A stretch of 64,000 nucleotides of DNA from Bacteroidota bacterium. Its GTDB lineage: Bacteria; Bacteroidota; Bacteroidia; Palsa-965. The stretch covers positions 303-64,302 of the forward strand of contig JABDAO010000005.1 of NCBI GenBank assembly GCA_013289095.1, in the 5' to 3' direction. The notes beneath the pieces were generated by a model, which worked only from the letters and a program-made list of their open reading frames with translations, was not told the DNA's origin and made no database searches. Below are positions 9,437 through 19,200 of the stretch, piece by piece (the first letter of the stretch is position 1; the number at the start of each line of letters is the position of its first letter). The position numbers and the translations under genes were made by a program.

Positions 9437-10573
9437 ATGTTTCTCAAAGAACTGTCCCTGATCCATTTTAAAAATTATGAGGAAGCCCGGCTGGAGTTCG
9501 GCCCGGCTATCAACTGTTTTGCGGGAGACAATGGTTCGGGCAAGACCAATCTGCTCGATGCCATCCATTACCTGAGTCTTTGCAAAAGCTATTTCAACCC
9601 CATCGACAGCCAGAATATCCGCCATACGGCCCCATTTTTTGTGATTCAGGGCATTTATTCCGGGAACGAGAAAGAAGAAAATCTATACTGCGGAGTAAAA
9701 AGAGGGCAGAAAAAGGTCTTCAAGCGCAATCAGAAAGAATACGAACGTCTGGCCGAGCATATCGGGGCTTTTCCGCTGGTGATGATTTCTCCGGCTGATT
9801 CTGAACTCATTGAAGGAGGTAGCGAAAGCCGCAGAAGATTTCTCGATAGTGTCATCTCCCAGTACGACCGTCGCTATCTCGATCAACTAATACAATACAA
9901 CCGTGCACTTAGCCAGCGAAATGCCTTGCTCCGGCAATTTGCGGATTCAGGGCAGTTCGACAAACAGTCGCTTGAGGTATGGGACATGAAACTGATCGAT
10001 CACGGAGCCCCGCTTTATGAAGAACGCAAACGCTTTCTGGCCGAATTCATTCCCATTTTTCAACAACACTACAAGCAGCTGTCAGGGTCTGGTGAAACCG
10101 TGGAACTCAGATATGATTCGAACCTCAACGATTCCGCATTTGCAGAGGCGCTTGAACAGGCCTTGCCACGCGACCGTTCCATCCTGCACAGCACCTGCGG
10201 GATTCACCGCGATGACCTGGATTTCAGGATGGATGGCCATTCCCTGCGCAAGACCGGGTCGCAAGGTCAGCAAAAGACCTACCTGTTGGCGCTGAAATTG
10301 GCCCAATTCGATTTCTTACGTCTGCATCACGATGCCGATGCGGCCCCCATCCTTCTTTTGGATGATATACACGACAAACTGGATGAGAGCAGGGTTAAAA
10401 AATTGATGCAGATTATTGCTGAACCCCGGTTCGGACAGGTTTTTATTACCGATACACATGCCAACCGATTGCCCCTCCTTTTTGGAGAATTACGGATTAA
10501 CTGCCGTGTTTTTTGTGTTCAAAAGGGAGCCATAATCCCGGTTGAATCAGATGATTTGCAGCCACTTTCATAA
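9437..10573 (+). CDS. recF: DNA replication/repair protein RecF
   Basis: I prefer the internal ATG at 9437 (MFLKELSLIHFKNY) over the ORF-track start at 9356. Walker A GDNGSGKTNLLDA, signature SQGQQKT and Walker B LLLDDI are present. Confidence 0.92.
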   Translation: MFLKELSLIHFKNYEEARLEFGPAINCFAGDNGSGKTNLLDAIHYLSLCKSYFNPIDSQNIRHTAPFFVIQGIYSGNEKEENLYCGVKRGQKKVFKRNQKEYERLAEHIGAFPLVMISPADSELIEGGSESRRRFLDSVISQYDRRYLDQLIQYNRALSQRNALLRQFADSGQFDKQSLEVWDMKLIDHGAPLYEERKRFLAEFIPIFQQHYKQLSGSGETVELRYDSNLNDSAFAEALEQALPRDRSILHSTCGIHRDDLDFRMDGHSLRKTGSQGQQKTYLLALKLAQFDFLRLHHDADAAPILLLDDIHDKLDESRVKKLMQIIAEPRFGQVFITDTHANRLPLLFGELRINCRVFCVQKGAIIPVESDDLQPLS

Positions 10574-10604
10574 TATTTATACATTTGCAAAAACTATCCC
10601 ACCC

Positions 10605-11687
10605 ATGATCCGAAACCTACTTTGCTCCATCCTGTTTGTCAGTTCAATCTGCTCCTCAGCATCTGCTCAATCGCCCATAGACCTTACTGTTGACGCAGAT
10701 AAAAAACGCAAAGCAGAAGATTTTAACGGATCTATTGCCGAATATACCCAGGCCATAGCCATCAACGAGACAGCTGTAAAAGACTTCATCTCCAAAAATG
10801 AGAAGCACAGCAAGATGACAACATACGAGATAGCCCTGGCCGATAATGGCCGTGCTGCTGAACCTAAAACAGAGTGGGCTGCACCTTATTTCGGAAGGGC
10901 CATGTCGGAAAAAGCCTTGAATAATAAGGAAGATGCCTTGAAAGATTTTGAAACAGCCTTGGCGCTTGATTGGAAAATGGGCGAAGCCTATTACGAACGT
11001 GCTTTTCTGAAATATGCCAAAGACGATAAAGATAACCAGTGCGTTGATTTCAGGAAAGGAGCCGATTGCGGTTTTGAAAAAGCAAAGATTGCCTACGAAG
11101 ATAATTTTTGCTGGAACAACAGCCTGAGCCATTATAAAGAAGGCTCCACCAAACTGAACATCAAAGAATACGATGCCGCCATTGTGGAGTTCGACCTGGC
11201 CATCAAACTCAATTCTGATTCATCGAATATCTATCTCCGTCGTGCACAGTGTTACCTGGGTCTGAACAAAACCGACAAGGCCATTGATGACCTGAATGAA
11301 GCGATCAAGAAAGATGATAAAAACCTCGAAGCGCATTATAACCTGGGTCTGGCTTTTGAGACACTCGATAACCACCAGAAAGCCTTTGATGAATTTACAA
11401 AAGCCATTACCGGGAATCCTTCCTATTACGATGCCTATGTACACCGTGCGGCTACCTGCGAAAGCCAGACTCAGTTTGCCTCTGCTATTTATGATTACAG
11501 CGCTGCCATCAGGCTGAAACCATCCAATGGCGATTTGTACCTCAAACGCGGCATGCTCAAACGCGATGCCCTCAAAAACGACATGGATGCCTGCGATGAT
11601 TTCATCAAAGCCTCCAGTTTGGGTTGCACCGATGCCGATGACCTGGCCAAGGATTGTAAAAACCCTTCGAAGAAGAAAAAGAATTAA
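10605..11687 (+). CDS. secreted TPR-repeat protein
   Basis: I prefer the ATG at 10605, which gives the signal peptide MIRNLLCSILFVSSICSSASAQ. Multiple TPR units follow (AHYNLGLAFETLDNHQKAFDEFTKAI and others). Confidence 0.8.
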   Translation: MIRNLLCSILFVSSICSSASAQSPIDLTVDADKKRKAEDFNGSIAEYTQAIAINETAVKDFISKNEKHSKMTTYEIALADNGRAAEPKTEWAAPYFGRAMSEKALNNKEDALKDFETALALDWKMGEAYYERAFLKYAKDDKDNQCVDFRKGADCGFEKAKIAYEDNFCWNNSLSHYKEGSTKLNIKEYDAAIVEFDLAIKLNSDSSNIYLRRAQCYLGLNKTDKAIDDLNEAIKKDDKNLEAHYNLGLAFETLDNHQKAFDEFTKAITGNPSYYDAYVHRAATCESQTQFASAIYDYSAAIRLKPSNGDLYLKRGMLKRDALKNDMDACDDFIKASSLGCTDADDLAKDCKNPSKKKKN

Positions 11688-11833
11688 GGAAAATTTCGAA
11701 GAATCAGATTTAACTGGGGTGCTGGCCGTCCCTTTTCAATTCTCTTTTTAGTTTGGTTCGATGTGCTTCAGATCTATCAGGGCGAGGGGATGCTTTGTTT
11801 CTGCCAGCACTGACAGTTCAATTTAACGTGCTC

Positions 11834-12379
11834 CTAAATCTTTAGCGCTTTCCCCTGCGTATTGAACAAAACATTGTACGTGAGCGAAAAGCCGATGCTC
11901 CGGATAACCGTGAGCACCGCGAAATCACAAAGCATATTCATCCGTTTCCGGCGTTTGGAGATTTGTTCGGTAGTGGTATGGTTGATATAATAGGCCAGAG
12001 TCCCCACATCCATAGCCCTTGCAGTTGTTCTCAGACAATGATAGGCATCGGTGGTCCACGCAAAAACCGAAGTGCTGCCCGTAAATGCGGGCCCCAGGGC
12101 CTGGTTTCCATTCTTATATTTGTTTTCCCAGCTGATGGCCGGGTTCCAGTATTGATCATTTGCATGAGGGAAACGGGGTTTGAAGCCGTTGTCGTAGTGA
12201 AAGCTGATGCTTTCTACCGTGCCATCGAGCATGCCTGTAACAAGCATAGAGGAGCCGGTGATGAGGTAATCCTTCCATTTACGTTGAGCCAGCGCCGAGT
12301 CAGGGAATGAAAGGAGGAGAGAAAGGCAGCAAGCTGCAATCAGGTTTTTGGGAGCGGGCATCCCGTTTTTGTTTTTCAT
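11834..12379 (-). CDS. hypothetical exported/membrane protein
   Basis: I prefer the ATG at 12379, which gives the signal-like N-terminus MKNKNGMPAPKNLIAACCLSLLLSFPDSALAQ. There is a C-terminal hydrophobic segment. No family was recognised. Confidence 0.5.
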   Translation of the reverse strand: MKNKNGMPAPKNLIAACCLSLLLSFPDSALAQRKWKDYLITGSSMLVTGMLDGTVESISFHYDNGFKPRFPHANDQYWNPAISWENKYKNGNQALGPAFTGSTSVFAWTTDAYHCLRTTARAMDVGTLAYYINHTTTEQISKRRKRMNMLCDFAVLTVIRSIGFSLTYNVLFNTQGKALKI

Positions 12380-13362
12380 GGAAGGGAATTTAACGCATGA
12401 ACAGATTATAACAGAAGTAGATTCCGGGATTCCGGGTCTGTCGAAAAACAAATGAAGAGGGGACTAGCAAGGGATTTAGTCGTGCAGGAAGTTTTTTTCC
12501 TTACCCTGTATTGACTCTGCACACCCGTTAGGGGTGTCGAGCAACTGCTGAATCTGTAGCGTGGCATACAATGCGCTGCTACATTTCAAATTTACAAAAG
12601 ATTATATATATAATATATTTCAAAAGCGAAATAATTGTTAAGGTTGCAGGATCGTGTCTTTTGAATGTTATTTTGCCGCGCCCGACTCCACGATCATGCG
12701 CAGACTTTGCAGTTGTAACTGGTTCATCTGCTTAGAGGTTCCCTCCGTTCATCCTCTGATAGTGATAATCAGAAAGGATCAAAACAAGCTGATTTGTAGT
12801 TGTGAACACCAAAAGAAAAGGGAGCTGAAATACAAGGAACGTCTGTTGTTGGAAGAAGGAGGATTTAACCGAATTTGAATCATTTTTTTTTAGCGATAGA
12901 AACATCCTGAGTTGCTTGCATTTATCCCAGATTTCAAGACGTTCGAAAAGTAGAATCAAATTGCTAACTTTCGCTTGAACAACAAGCAAAGCCTATGCAT
13001 AAAATGGTGATTTCGATCCCTTCCCAGATTTTGGCTGAAATGTAAAAGTCTTGTTTAATCAAGACCTTTGAAGAATCAATTGGTGACTCCAGTAAAATGG
13101 AGATCCCGTATGGAATAATTATTGATCTAAAAGTACATTTCCTTGTTGTTTCATTTTTAGTCACTGTTCCGTAAATAGCGGCGCGGAGATAACTCTCCTC
13201 TCTAAATTCTTAAAGGGATAGGTTTTTTGTTGCCCAATCTCAATAAAAACAACGCTTTCATACAATATCGTCACGCTATGCTGATAATGACACACCATCT
13301 TCAGTATCCAACAATCAAATTATCAATGACTTAGAACAAGTTAGATGGAATTCTGCATTAGA

Positions 13363-13501
13363 TGGCTTGTGCGCTAATGCACAGTGTGTTAGGGTTTGCG
13401 CAGTCCCGATAGTCATCGGGATGGGTTATCCCGCGGGTTCGTTGTGCTGCTGGCCTTTTGAGCGCGAATGCCTGCTTCGAATGTATTCATATGCGGGATA
13501 A
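13363..13501. repeat. dispersed palindromic element, copy A (long form)
   Basis: tggcttgtgcgctaatgc...cccgatagtcatcggg...TTATCCCGC-[57 nt]-GCGGGATAA. By my hand alignment it differs from copy B (20881-21058) at about 8 positions over about 104 nt. The outer 9-bp arms are perfectly complementary. Confidence 0.8.
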
Positions 13502-13837
13502 AACAGGTTACTGCCCGGAAAATGACTTTGACCCAAGGTCTTTCGTGCAAAAAAGACAGTAGAATACGTCTGCCCTGACTTCCCGGATGTTGGCAAGAAG
13601 GCATCCGAAAAAATGAAAGGCAGGCATCCGGCTCAAAAAGGGATTTCAATAGTCAATGTCAAAAGCCGGGGGGGAGAGATCGAATGACTGCTGCATGTTG
13701 GTCCAGCCAGAGACACGTTTGCCTGAGGTGTCTGTTTCTCCTGATGAATGTTCAGGTACTGACAAATCATGTTCAGTAGTGCTTCATGTGTCTTCCTTGT
13801 TTCCGAACCCCGATCAGTTCATTTACGTTTACGAATG

Positions 13838-14095
13838 AAGCATAATGGATCATTATGCATGCATTTCAAACCAGTATACATGCAAAAAGGATCATTATGC
13901 ATGCATTTCAAACCAGTATACATGCAAAAAGGATCATTATGCATGCATTTCAATCCATTATTCAAGAATAAAGGATCATTATGCATGCATTTTAAATCAG
14001 TATGCAAGCATTTCAATCTATTATTCAAGGATAATGGATCATTATACATGTATTTCAAGTCATTTTGCATGCATAATGGGTGGAAATGATCCAAA
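13838..14095. repeat. tandem array 1 (21/42-bp period, about 12 x 21 bp)
   Basis: The first two 42-mers (13847-13888 and 13889-13930) are identical: ggatcattatgcatgcatttcaaaccagtatacatgcaaaaa. The gcatttca motif recurs at 13868, 13910, 13952, 13994, 14015 and 14057, i.e. in steps of 21 or 42. Confidence 0.9.
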
Positions 14096-14342
14096 TTGAT
14101 TTTTTTAACGGTAATTTGATGATAATGAGTGAACCCTACATAGGTTGGATGCAGCCTGATAAAGGTTGTAAGCTGCGTTTAACAGGTGTAAGCAACCAGT
14201 CACAGTTTAGAGAATAGACCCGATTTTTTCGACAGATTTAATCCCGGAAACGGTCTGCCGTTGTATTTCCCTGATTTTCAAAGAAAGCACAAAGGAATCA
14301 GGGGTGTTGTGTTGGTGAATGTTTGGTTCGATTATCCGTCAA

Positions 14343-14378
14343 GAAAAGAGGCTGTTTCATCAGAAACAGCCTCTTTGT
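14343..14378 (-). terminator. intrinsic terminator downstream of the ABC transporter gene
   Basis: agaggctgtttc-atca-gaaacagcctct: a 12-bp perfect stem, followed on the minus strand by TTTTCTT. It lies 20 bp past the stop at 14398. Confidence 0.65.
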
Positions 14379-14397
14379 CTTGTATCAGAAATAGGTT

Positions 14398-17300
14398 CTA
14401 GCTTTTTTTCTTCTTGGCCGGAAGCATTTCCCCGATCATCTCAAACAGATTCATCAGTTTCTTCAAAAGATCAAAATAAAGCGTGAAACCCAGAACGAGC
14501 GACATGCTCCAGATGACATACATATTGTACCAGTAGGTATCAAAAGCCCGTCCCATAAAGATCTTCCGGGGGGCAAAGAAGTGCGCACGGCCCATATTGT
14601 TTACCGGTTCCATAAATACAGGGTCGAGGCGTTGTACCAGCTCCCCATCCACTTCCAGGATCTTCTTGCTCAGATCGGTTTTGTTCATCACCAGATCGGC
14701 CAGGCTTTCGTTGTAATAATCGTTCTTGAGCTTGAGGAATTTGGTACGGGCAGCGGTATCCTTGCCGGTATCGTTCATGCGGGTGATGATGGCGTTGCGT
14801 TTATCGTCTTCCTGGTTATAGCGGTGTACATAATAAGTAGACAGCTTGTTCAGGTAGTCATGCAGGGATGTTACCACATCGCTGTTGAACTTATCGGGCG
14901 TAAGTTTGTCGAGATCGGCAAATTTCACGTTGTGGTTCCGTTTTACTTCCTTGCCTATTTCAAGGGAAAGCAGACTGAGGTCTTTTTCCAGTCCTTTTTT
15001 ATCGGCATTTTTCATGCAGATCTCGGCATCGTCAACCCTGGGGCGTATATCGGGCAGCCAGTAATCCTTTTTATAGGTGGCGGTGCTCTGGGCTTTTTCG
15101 AAGGCGTAGAAATTGCGTTCGTACATATTGTCCTTGAACTGGTCTACCGAGAGGGCTTCGAAAGCCCAACGCGAGGTCATGATTTCGCCCGGGAATGGCA
15201 CAATGCTTTGTGAAGTAAGCACCGGATTGAGCTTGTTGAATTTTACGATTACACCGCTCAATAACAACTGTGGGATAATCAGGAATGGGATCAGGATATA
15301 GATAGTCACGGCATTGTTGAAAGCTGAAGAAATATTCAGCCCCAGCATGTTTGCAAAACAGCTGGTCGAAAACAAAACAAACCAGTAATCCATCCACATG
15401 CCCTTAATACCCAGAATGGAGTTGCCAACCAGCAAAAAGGTCAAACTCTGAATGGCCGAAAGCACAAACATGATGGTGATCTTCGAAAAGAGATAGCTGC
15501 CCCGGCTGAGGTTCAGGAACTTTTCACGTTTTTGGATCTTACGGTCTTTAATGATTTCTTCGGCAGCAACGGTGAGGCCCAGGAAAAGGGAAACAACTAC
15601 CGACATAAACAGATATACCGGTATGTTTTCGTTATCGCGGTAGGTATAGCCCAATGTGTTCGATGCATCGGTGTTGTAAAAACGGATGAGGAACGCCAGG
15701 ATGAAGGCCAGAACCGGAGCTTCGAGTAAGTTTATTGACAAATATTGTTTGTCTGTAAGCTTGGCAAGTACATCGCGGGTGATGAATACTTTAAACTGTT
15801 TTATTTTGTTCGGAATATTGAACGTGCTTTCAGGAATCTCGGTAGAAGGGGCAAAAAATTCTGTCTTCCCTTCGATATGATCGCGGTACATATTGTTCCA
15901 CTCATTTGGAGAAACTTTACGTATACGCGTGAGTTCTCCATACTCATCGACCACCTTCGACTCGATAATATTGAAAATCTGTTCCGGGTTTACGTTACCA
16001 CAGGCAGGGCATTCGCTTTCGTTGCAGTTAACGTGGTTTACCCGGGTCTTGAAGTAGATCACGGCATCAACGGGGTTTCCGTAATAAATAGGATAACCGC
16101 CTACATCCAGGATCATCAGCTTGTCGAACATTTTGAAGATGTCTGACGAGGGCTGGTGGATAACCACAAATATCAGTTTGCCTTTGAGGGAAAGTTCCTT
16201 CAACAGGTCCATGATGTTTTCAGAATCGCGGGAAGAGAGACCTGATGTAGGTTCATCCACAAACATCACAAGGGGCTCGCGGATGAGCTCGAGTGAAATG
16301 TTCAGACGTTTGCGCTGGCCTCCCGAAATCGTTTTTTCAAGCGGGCTTCCAACCTTGAGGTCTTTTGCTTCGAACAAACCGATATCGGTGAGTACAGTGT
16401 CAACCCGTTTGATGAGGTCTTCTTCGCTCAGGTTTCCGAAACAAAGTTTTCCGTTGTAAAACAGGTTTTGGAATACGGTGAGTTCTTCAATCAGCAGGTC
16501 ATCTTGTGAAACGTGACCGATCACACCTTGTATTTTTTCTTTTTGGGTATGTATATTTATCCCGTTGATGAGCACTTCTCCACCCGATGGTGTTTCATTC
16601 CCATTCAGGACTGTAAGCAAGGTTGATTTACCAGCACCCGAGCCGCCCATAATACCGATAAGCTTGCCCGATTCTTCAGACATATTGATGTTACGCAGAC
16701 CAAGTTTCCCGCCTTTGAATTTAAATTCCAGGCTTTTTGCGGTAAACGTGATTTTTTTCTTGCTTTTGTCGGCCAGAAAAGAACTGATGATATCGCTGTA
16801 ATAGATAGGCTGAACCTTCGAACTCCGGATAGAAGAGCCCGGATTGAGGATATACACCTTGTCTTTTACAATGATCTGCCCGTTGAGGTATAATTCAGCA
16901 TCCCCAAAGTAATGCAGGAGATAGATGCCAACGCTGTTTATAGAAAGAACCCGGATCTGACCGATGACCGATTCATTGTAAATATGTTTGGTCTTCTCAA
17001 AGGGGTGTTGGGGTTTGTTGTTGATAATGAGGAACTGTTCCGAATCGGGTGTGTTTTCTTCCGGGTTCTGAACAAAGGCCATCATCCGGCGGAATTCTTC
17101 GGGGTCGATGTTAAATGTCTCGGCCACAGTCTGAACAAATTCCAGTTCCTGTTCTGAAATCTCATAACTCGAATAGATGAATTCGATGAGACGCGCAAGC
17201 ACAACCACTTTCTGGTGTTGTGTCAGTTCAGCGTTGATCTGGGTACAGATCTTAAGGACCTTTACGGAGTTGAGCGAAGTACGTTTTGCAGAACCGTCTT

Positions 17301-17490
17301 TCTTTTTGGAAACCTGGTGATGGGCTTCCATGAATTCATCAAACAGTTTGAGGTATTGATCAACCAGATCGGAGCTGAGCTGTTGTTTCAGAAAGGTCTG
17401 AACGATGGTACGTCCGTTGTTGGTCACGCCATCTACCTTAGCGATGATGGCGAACAACTGCATTAATGCCTTTAGTATCCGTTCACTCAT
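14398..17490 (-). CDS. ABCG-like ABC transporter (fused ATPase and ABC-2 permease) with a TerB-like/FHA-like N-terminal region and a long C-terminal extension
   Basis: 1030 aa. Walker A GGSGAGKST, signature SGGQRKR, Walker B MFVDEPTSGLS and H-loop VIHQPS. Six hydrophobic helices follow (about aa 590-760), then about 270 aa of soluble tail and a final TM helix. Confidence 0.9.
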   Translation of the reverse strand: MSERILKALMQLFAIIAKVDGVTNNGRTIVQTFLKQQLSSDLVDQYLKLFDEFMEAHHQVSKKKDGSAKRTSLNSVKVLKICTQINAELTQHQKVVVLARLIEFIYSSYEISEQELEFVQTVAETFNIDPEEFRRMMAFVQNPEENTPDSEQFLIINNKPQHPFEKTKHIYNESVIGQIRVLSINSVGIYLLHYFGDAELYLNGQIIVKDKVYILNPGSSIRSSKVQPIYYSDIISSFLADKSKKKITFTAKSLEFKFKGGKLGLRNINMSEESGKLIGIMGGSGAGKSTLLTVLNGNETPSGGEVLINGINIHTQKEKIQGVIGHVSQDDLLIEELTVFQNLFYNGKLCFGNLSEEDLIKRVDTVLTDIGLFEAKDLKVGSPLEKTISGGQRKRLNISLELIREPLVMFVDEPTSGLSSRDSENIMDLLKELSLKGKLIFVVIHQPSSDIFKMFDKLMILDVGGYPIYYGNPVDAVIYFKTRVNHVNCNESECPACGNVNPEQIFNIIESKVVDEYGELTRIRKVSPNEWNNMYRDHIEGKTEFFAPSTEIPESTFNIPNKIKQFKVFITRDVLAKLTDKQYLSINLLEAPVLAFILAFLIRFYNTDASNTLGYTYRDNENIPVYLFMSVVVSLFLGLTVAAEEIIKDRKIQKREKFLNLSRGSYLFSKITIMFVLSAIQSLTFLLVGNSILGIKGMWMDYWFVLFSTSCFANMLGLNISSAFNNAVTIYILIPFLIIPQLLLSGVIVKFNKLNPVLTSQSIVPFPGEIMTSRWAFEALSVDQFKDNMYERNFYAFEKAQSTATYKKDYWLPDIRPRVDDAEICMKNADKKGLEKDLSLLSLEIGKEVKRNHNVKFADLDKLTPDKFNSDVVTSLHDYLNKLSTYYVHRYNQEDDKRNAIITRMNDTGKDTAARTKFLKLKNDYYNESLADLVMNKTDLSKKILEVDGELVQRLDPVFMEPVNNMGRAHFFAPRKIFMGRAFDTYWYNMYVIWSMSLVLGFTLYFDLLKKLMNLFEMIGEMLPAKKKKS

Positions 17491-17565
17491 AAAAATAGCC
17501 CTGCGCTAACAGAGGAGATAAGCAGTGGTGGATGCGAGTACGTGGTACTGGTGTTGGAAACGTTC

Positions 17566-18000
17566 TTATTGTTTGAAACCAATTAAAATCACTGCACAGC
17601 CCGATGAATTTCCGGAAGCAGGGTTCAATTTTGCCTCAATAATACAATCGAGTGTAGAGTTGACTTTAAAATCCCAGTAGGGGGCATTTTTTTCAGCCGT
17701 ATTGGTGAACAGAACATTTCGGTCTTTATCAAAGAGTGTAAAGACCAGGTTCCCATCTGAAAGACCGCTGCATCCGGCAATGCGGTAGGTGGCGCCACCA
17801 TAAAAAGTGGTCTGGAACTCTGCTGCCTGGTCGTTCAGGAGCAGCGACCGGTATGACTGGCCATCGCTTACAAAGGGCAGTTTTACGTGTTTATTACAGA
17901 TTTTCGCAATGGTATCGCACTGAGACAAGGAAACCTTGCTGCAGGAAAAGCCAACGACAAAAAGGAACATGATTTTAATGAAGGACATCGAATTTCGCAT
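17566..18000 (-). CDS. hypothetical secreted protein
   Basis: I prefer the ATG at 18000 (MRNSMSFIKIMFLFVVGFSCSKVSLSQ, a signal peptide). This removes the overlap with the upstream lipoprotein gene. Beta-rich and Cys-containing. No family was recognised. Confidence 0.6.
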   Translation of the reverse strand: MRNSMSFIKIMFLFVVGFSCSKVSLSQCDTIAKICNKHVKLPFVSDGQSYRSLLLNDQAAEFQTTFYGGATYRIAGCSGLSDGNLVFTLFDKDRNVLFTNTAEKNAPYWDFKVNSTLDCIIEAKLNPASGNSSGCAVILIGFKQ

Positions 18001-18037
18001 AGCGTTTACTTTTCTGGGCTGTTTTAGAATGTCTTGA

Positions 18038-18934
18038 TTATTGAACGATGCTTTTACGGATGGCCGCAATTTTATCGGTGATGGCCTGAACCTGTTCGGC
18101 AGTGATCTTTACCTCGGTCTTGCTGTTGATGATGGTCAGCTGCTTATCGGGTTGGGTGGTTGGTTCAACAAACGTGTATTTCATTTCAATATTATCGAAA
18201 AGCGTGGCGAGTTCTTTGAACTGGGTGATCAGGCCTGCATATTCGGGTTTGTTGAACGAGGCGAGGAGTTTTACAATGCTGTTTACCGAAGTATGCTGCT
18301 CACCAATGCGGTTCTGTACATCCTGGCTTGGTTTTATCTTTAAGATGGCCGTTGCAAAGTGCATGCTTTCAATCCAGCCACCGGCCAGGATCAGGGCTCC
18401 CACCTCACTGCGTTTGCTGTCTTTCAGATACGCATCGCTGGCACGGTAAGCATCGGATACAAGCGAAATGATGGAGTCTTTTTTACCGATGTTTGCTTCA
18501 AAACGTTTCATTAATTTCTCATCGAATGAACTGGCTATACCAAGCGCATCACCGATTTTCTTGACCGATGCAAAAAAGGCCAGGGCCTGGTTGTTCTCGC
18601 TGTAGATGGTAAGGTAACCAAGATCGGCGCCGTAAATGCCGAGGTTCAGCGCACGGTCGTAAGTGCTCTGATAATTAGAGGCTTTGGATGGTTCGTTGAG
18701 CAGTTCTTTCGAAAAAGGCGCCCCACTCTGATTGATGAGCATGGCGGTCTGTACCGGAGAAGGAATGCTGAATATCTGTCCGTTAATGCTTACAATCGGG
18801 ACGGCAGTGCTGTCTTTCGGTTCTTCCCCGTGCTCATTTGCCTGGTTTTTGGAGTTTCCGCATCCTGCGACGATCAACGAAGCCACAGCCATACAATAGA
18901 TTGGTCGGCTAATATTCAGGAACTTAAAGGCCAT
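18038..18934 (-). CDS. hypothetical lipoprotein (helical)
   Basis: 298 aa with the lipobox-like N-terminus AVASLIVAGCGNSKNQ. First gene of a co-directional string with 17566-18000 and the ABC transporter. Confidence 0.7.
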   Translation of the reverse strand: MAFKFLNISRPIYCMAVASLIVAGCGNSKNQANEHGEEPKDSTAVPIVSINGQIFSIPSPVQTAMLINQSGAPFSKELLNEPSKASNYQSTYDRALNLGIYGADLGYLTIYSENNQALAFFASVKKIGDALGIASSFDEKLMKRFEANIGKKDSIISLVSDAYRASDAYLKDSKRSEVGALILAGGWIESMHFATAILKIKPSQDVQNRIGEQHTSVNSIVKLLASFNKPEYAGLITQFKELATLFDNIEMKYTFVEPTTQPDKQLTIINSKTEVKITAEQVQAITDKIAAIRKSIVQ

Positions 18935-19200
18935 ATCCGAAGAGGGTTAATGTTAAAAAGCGATGCAAGTAATAAATAAATAATGAGTTTTCAAAAATAG
19001 TACTTTTTTCACTACATCTTCAAAAACTTTCGCGAATGTAGGCAATTTATCCCGCATTATGCATCAGGGAGAGCCCTCGGCTCCGGGGGAGGCCTATTCG
19101 CTTCAATACAGCAGGAAGTTTGGATGATCAGCCTCGCCGATGCGACTCTTCGTCTATTTCGGGTGAAGGTGTGGGAGATTAAGAATATCTTTGAGCCACT

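Noticed and set aside
12452-13362. Possible genes in the left part of the 2-kb coding desert (ORFs 12654-12878, 12732-12989, 12964-13164)
   Set aside because: The ORFs are short and mutually overlapping, lie in AT-rich sequence that includes a (TA)n run, and have no motifs. This is more likely decayed or non-coding DNA.
13363-13385. Group II intron 5' end (both long element copies contain GTGCG near their start, at 13369-13373 and 20887-20891)
   Set aside because: There is no reverse-transcriptase/maturase ORF, no domain V-like sequence, and the element is only 140-180 nt. The GTGCG is probably coincidental.
13427-13435. DnaA box / replication origin (TTATCC.. resembles TTATCCACA)
   Set aside because: Only the first six bases match. 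The sites occur as hairpin arms scattered over 40 kb. There is no dnaA/dnaN context and no AT-rich unwinding element next to them.
13413-13649. 78-aa ORF sharing a conserved C-terminal peptide (..EAGIRAQKASSTTNPRDNPSR) with ORF 20976-21263
   Set aside because: The shared peptide is simply the translation of the conserved DNA element. The upstream parts are unrelated, and the 13413 ORF has no protein-like features.
13838-14095. Possible CRISPR array (regularly spaced repeats)
   Set aside because: The period is only 21/42 bp. The would-be spacers are themselves repeated (the first two 42-mers are identical). There is no leader and there are no cas genes in the window. This is a tandem-repeat array, not CRISPR.
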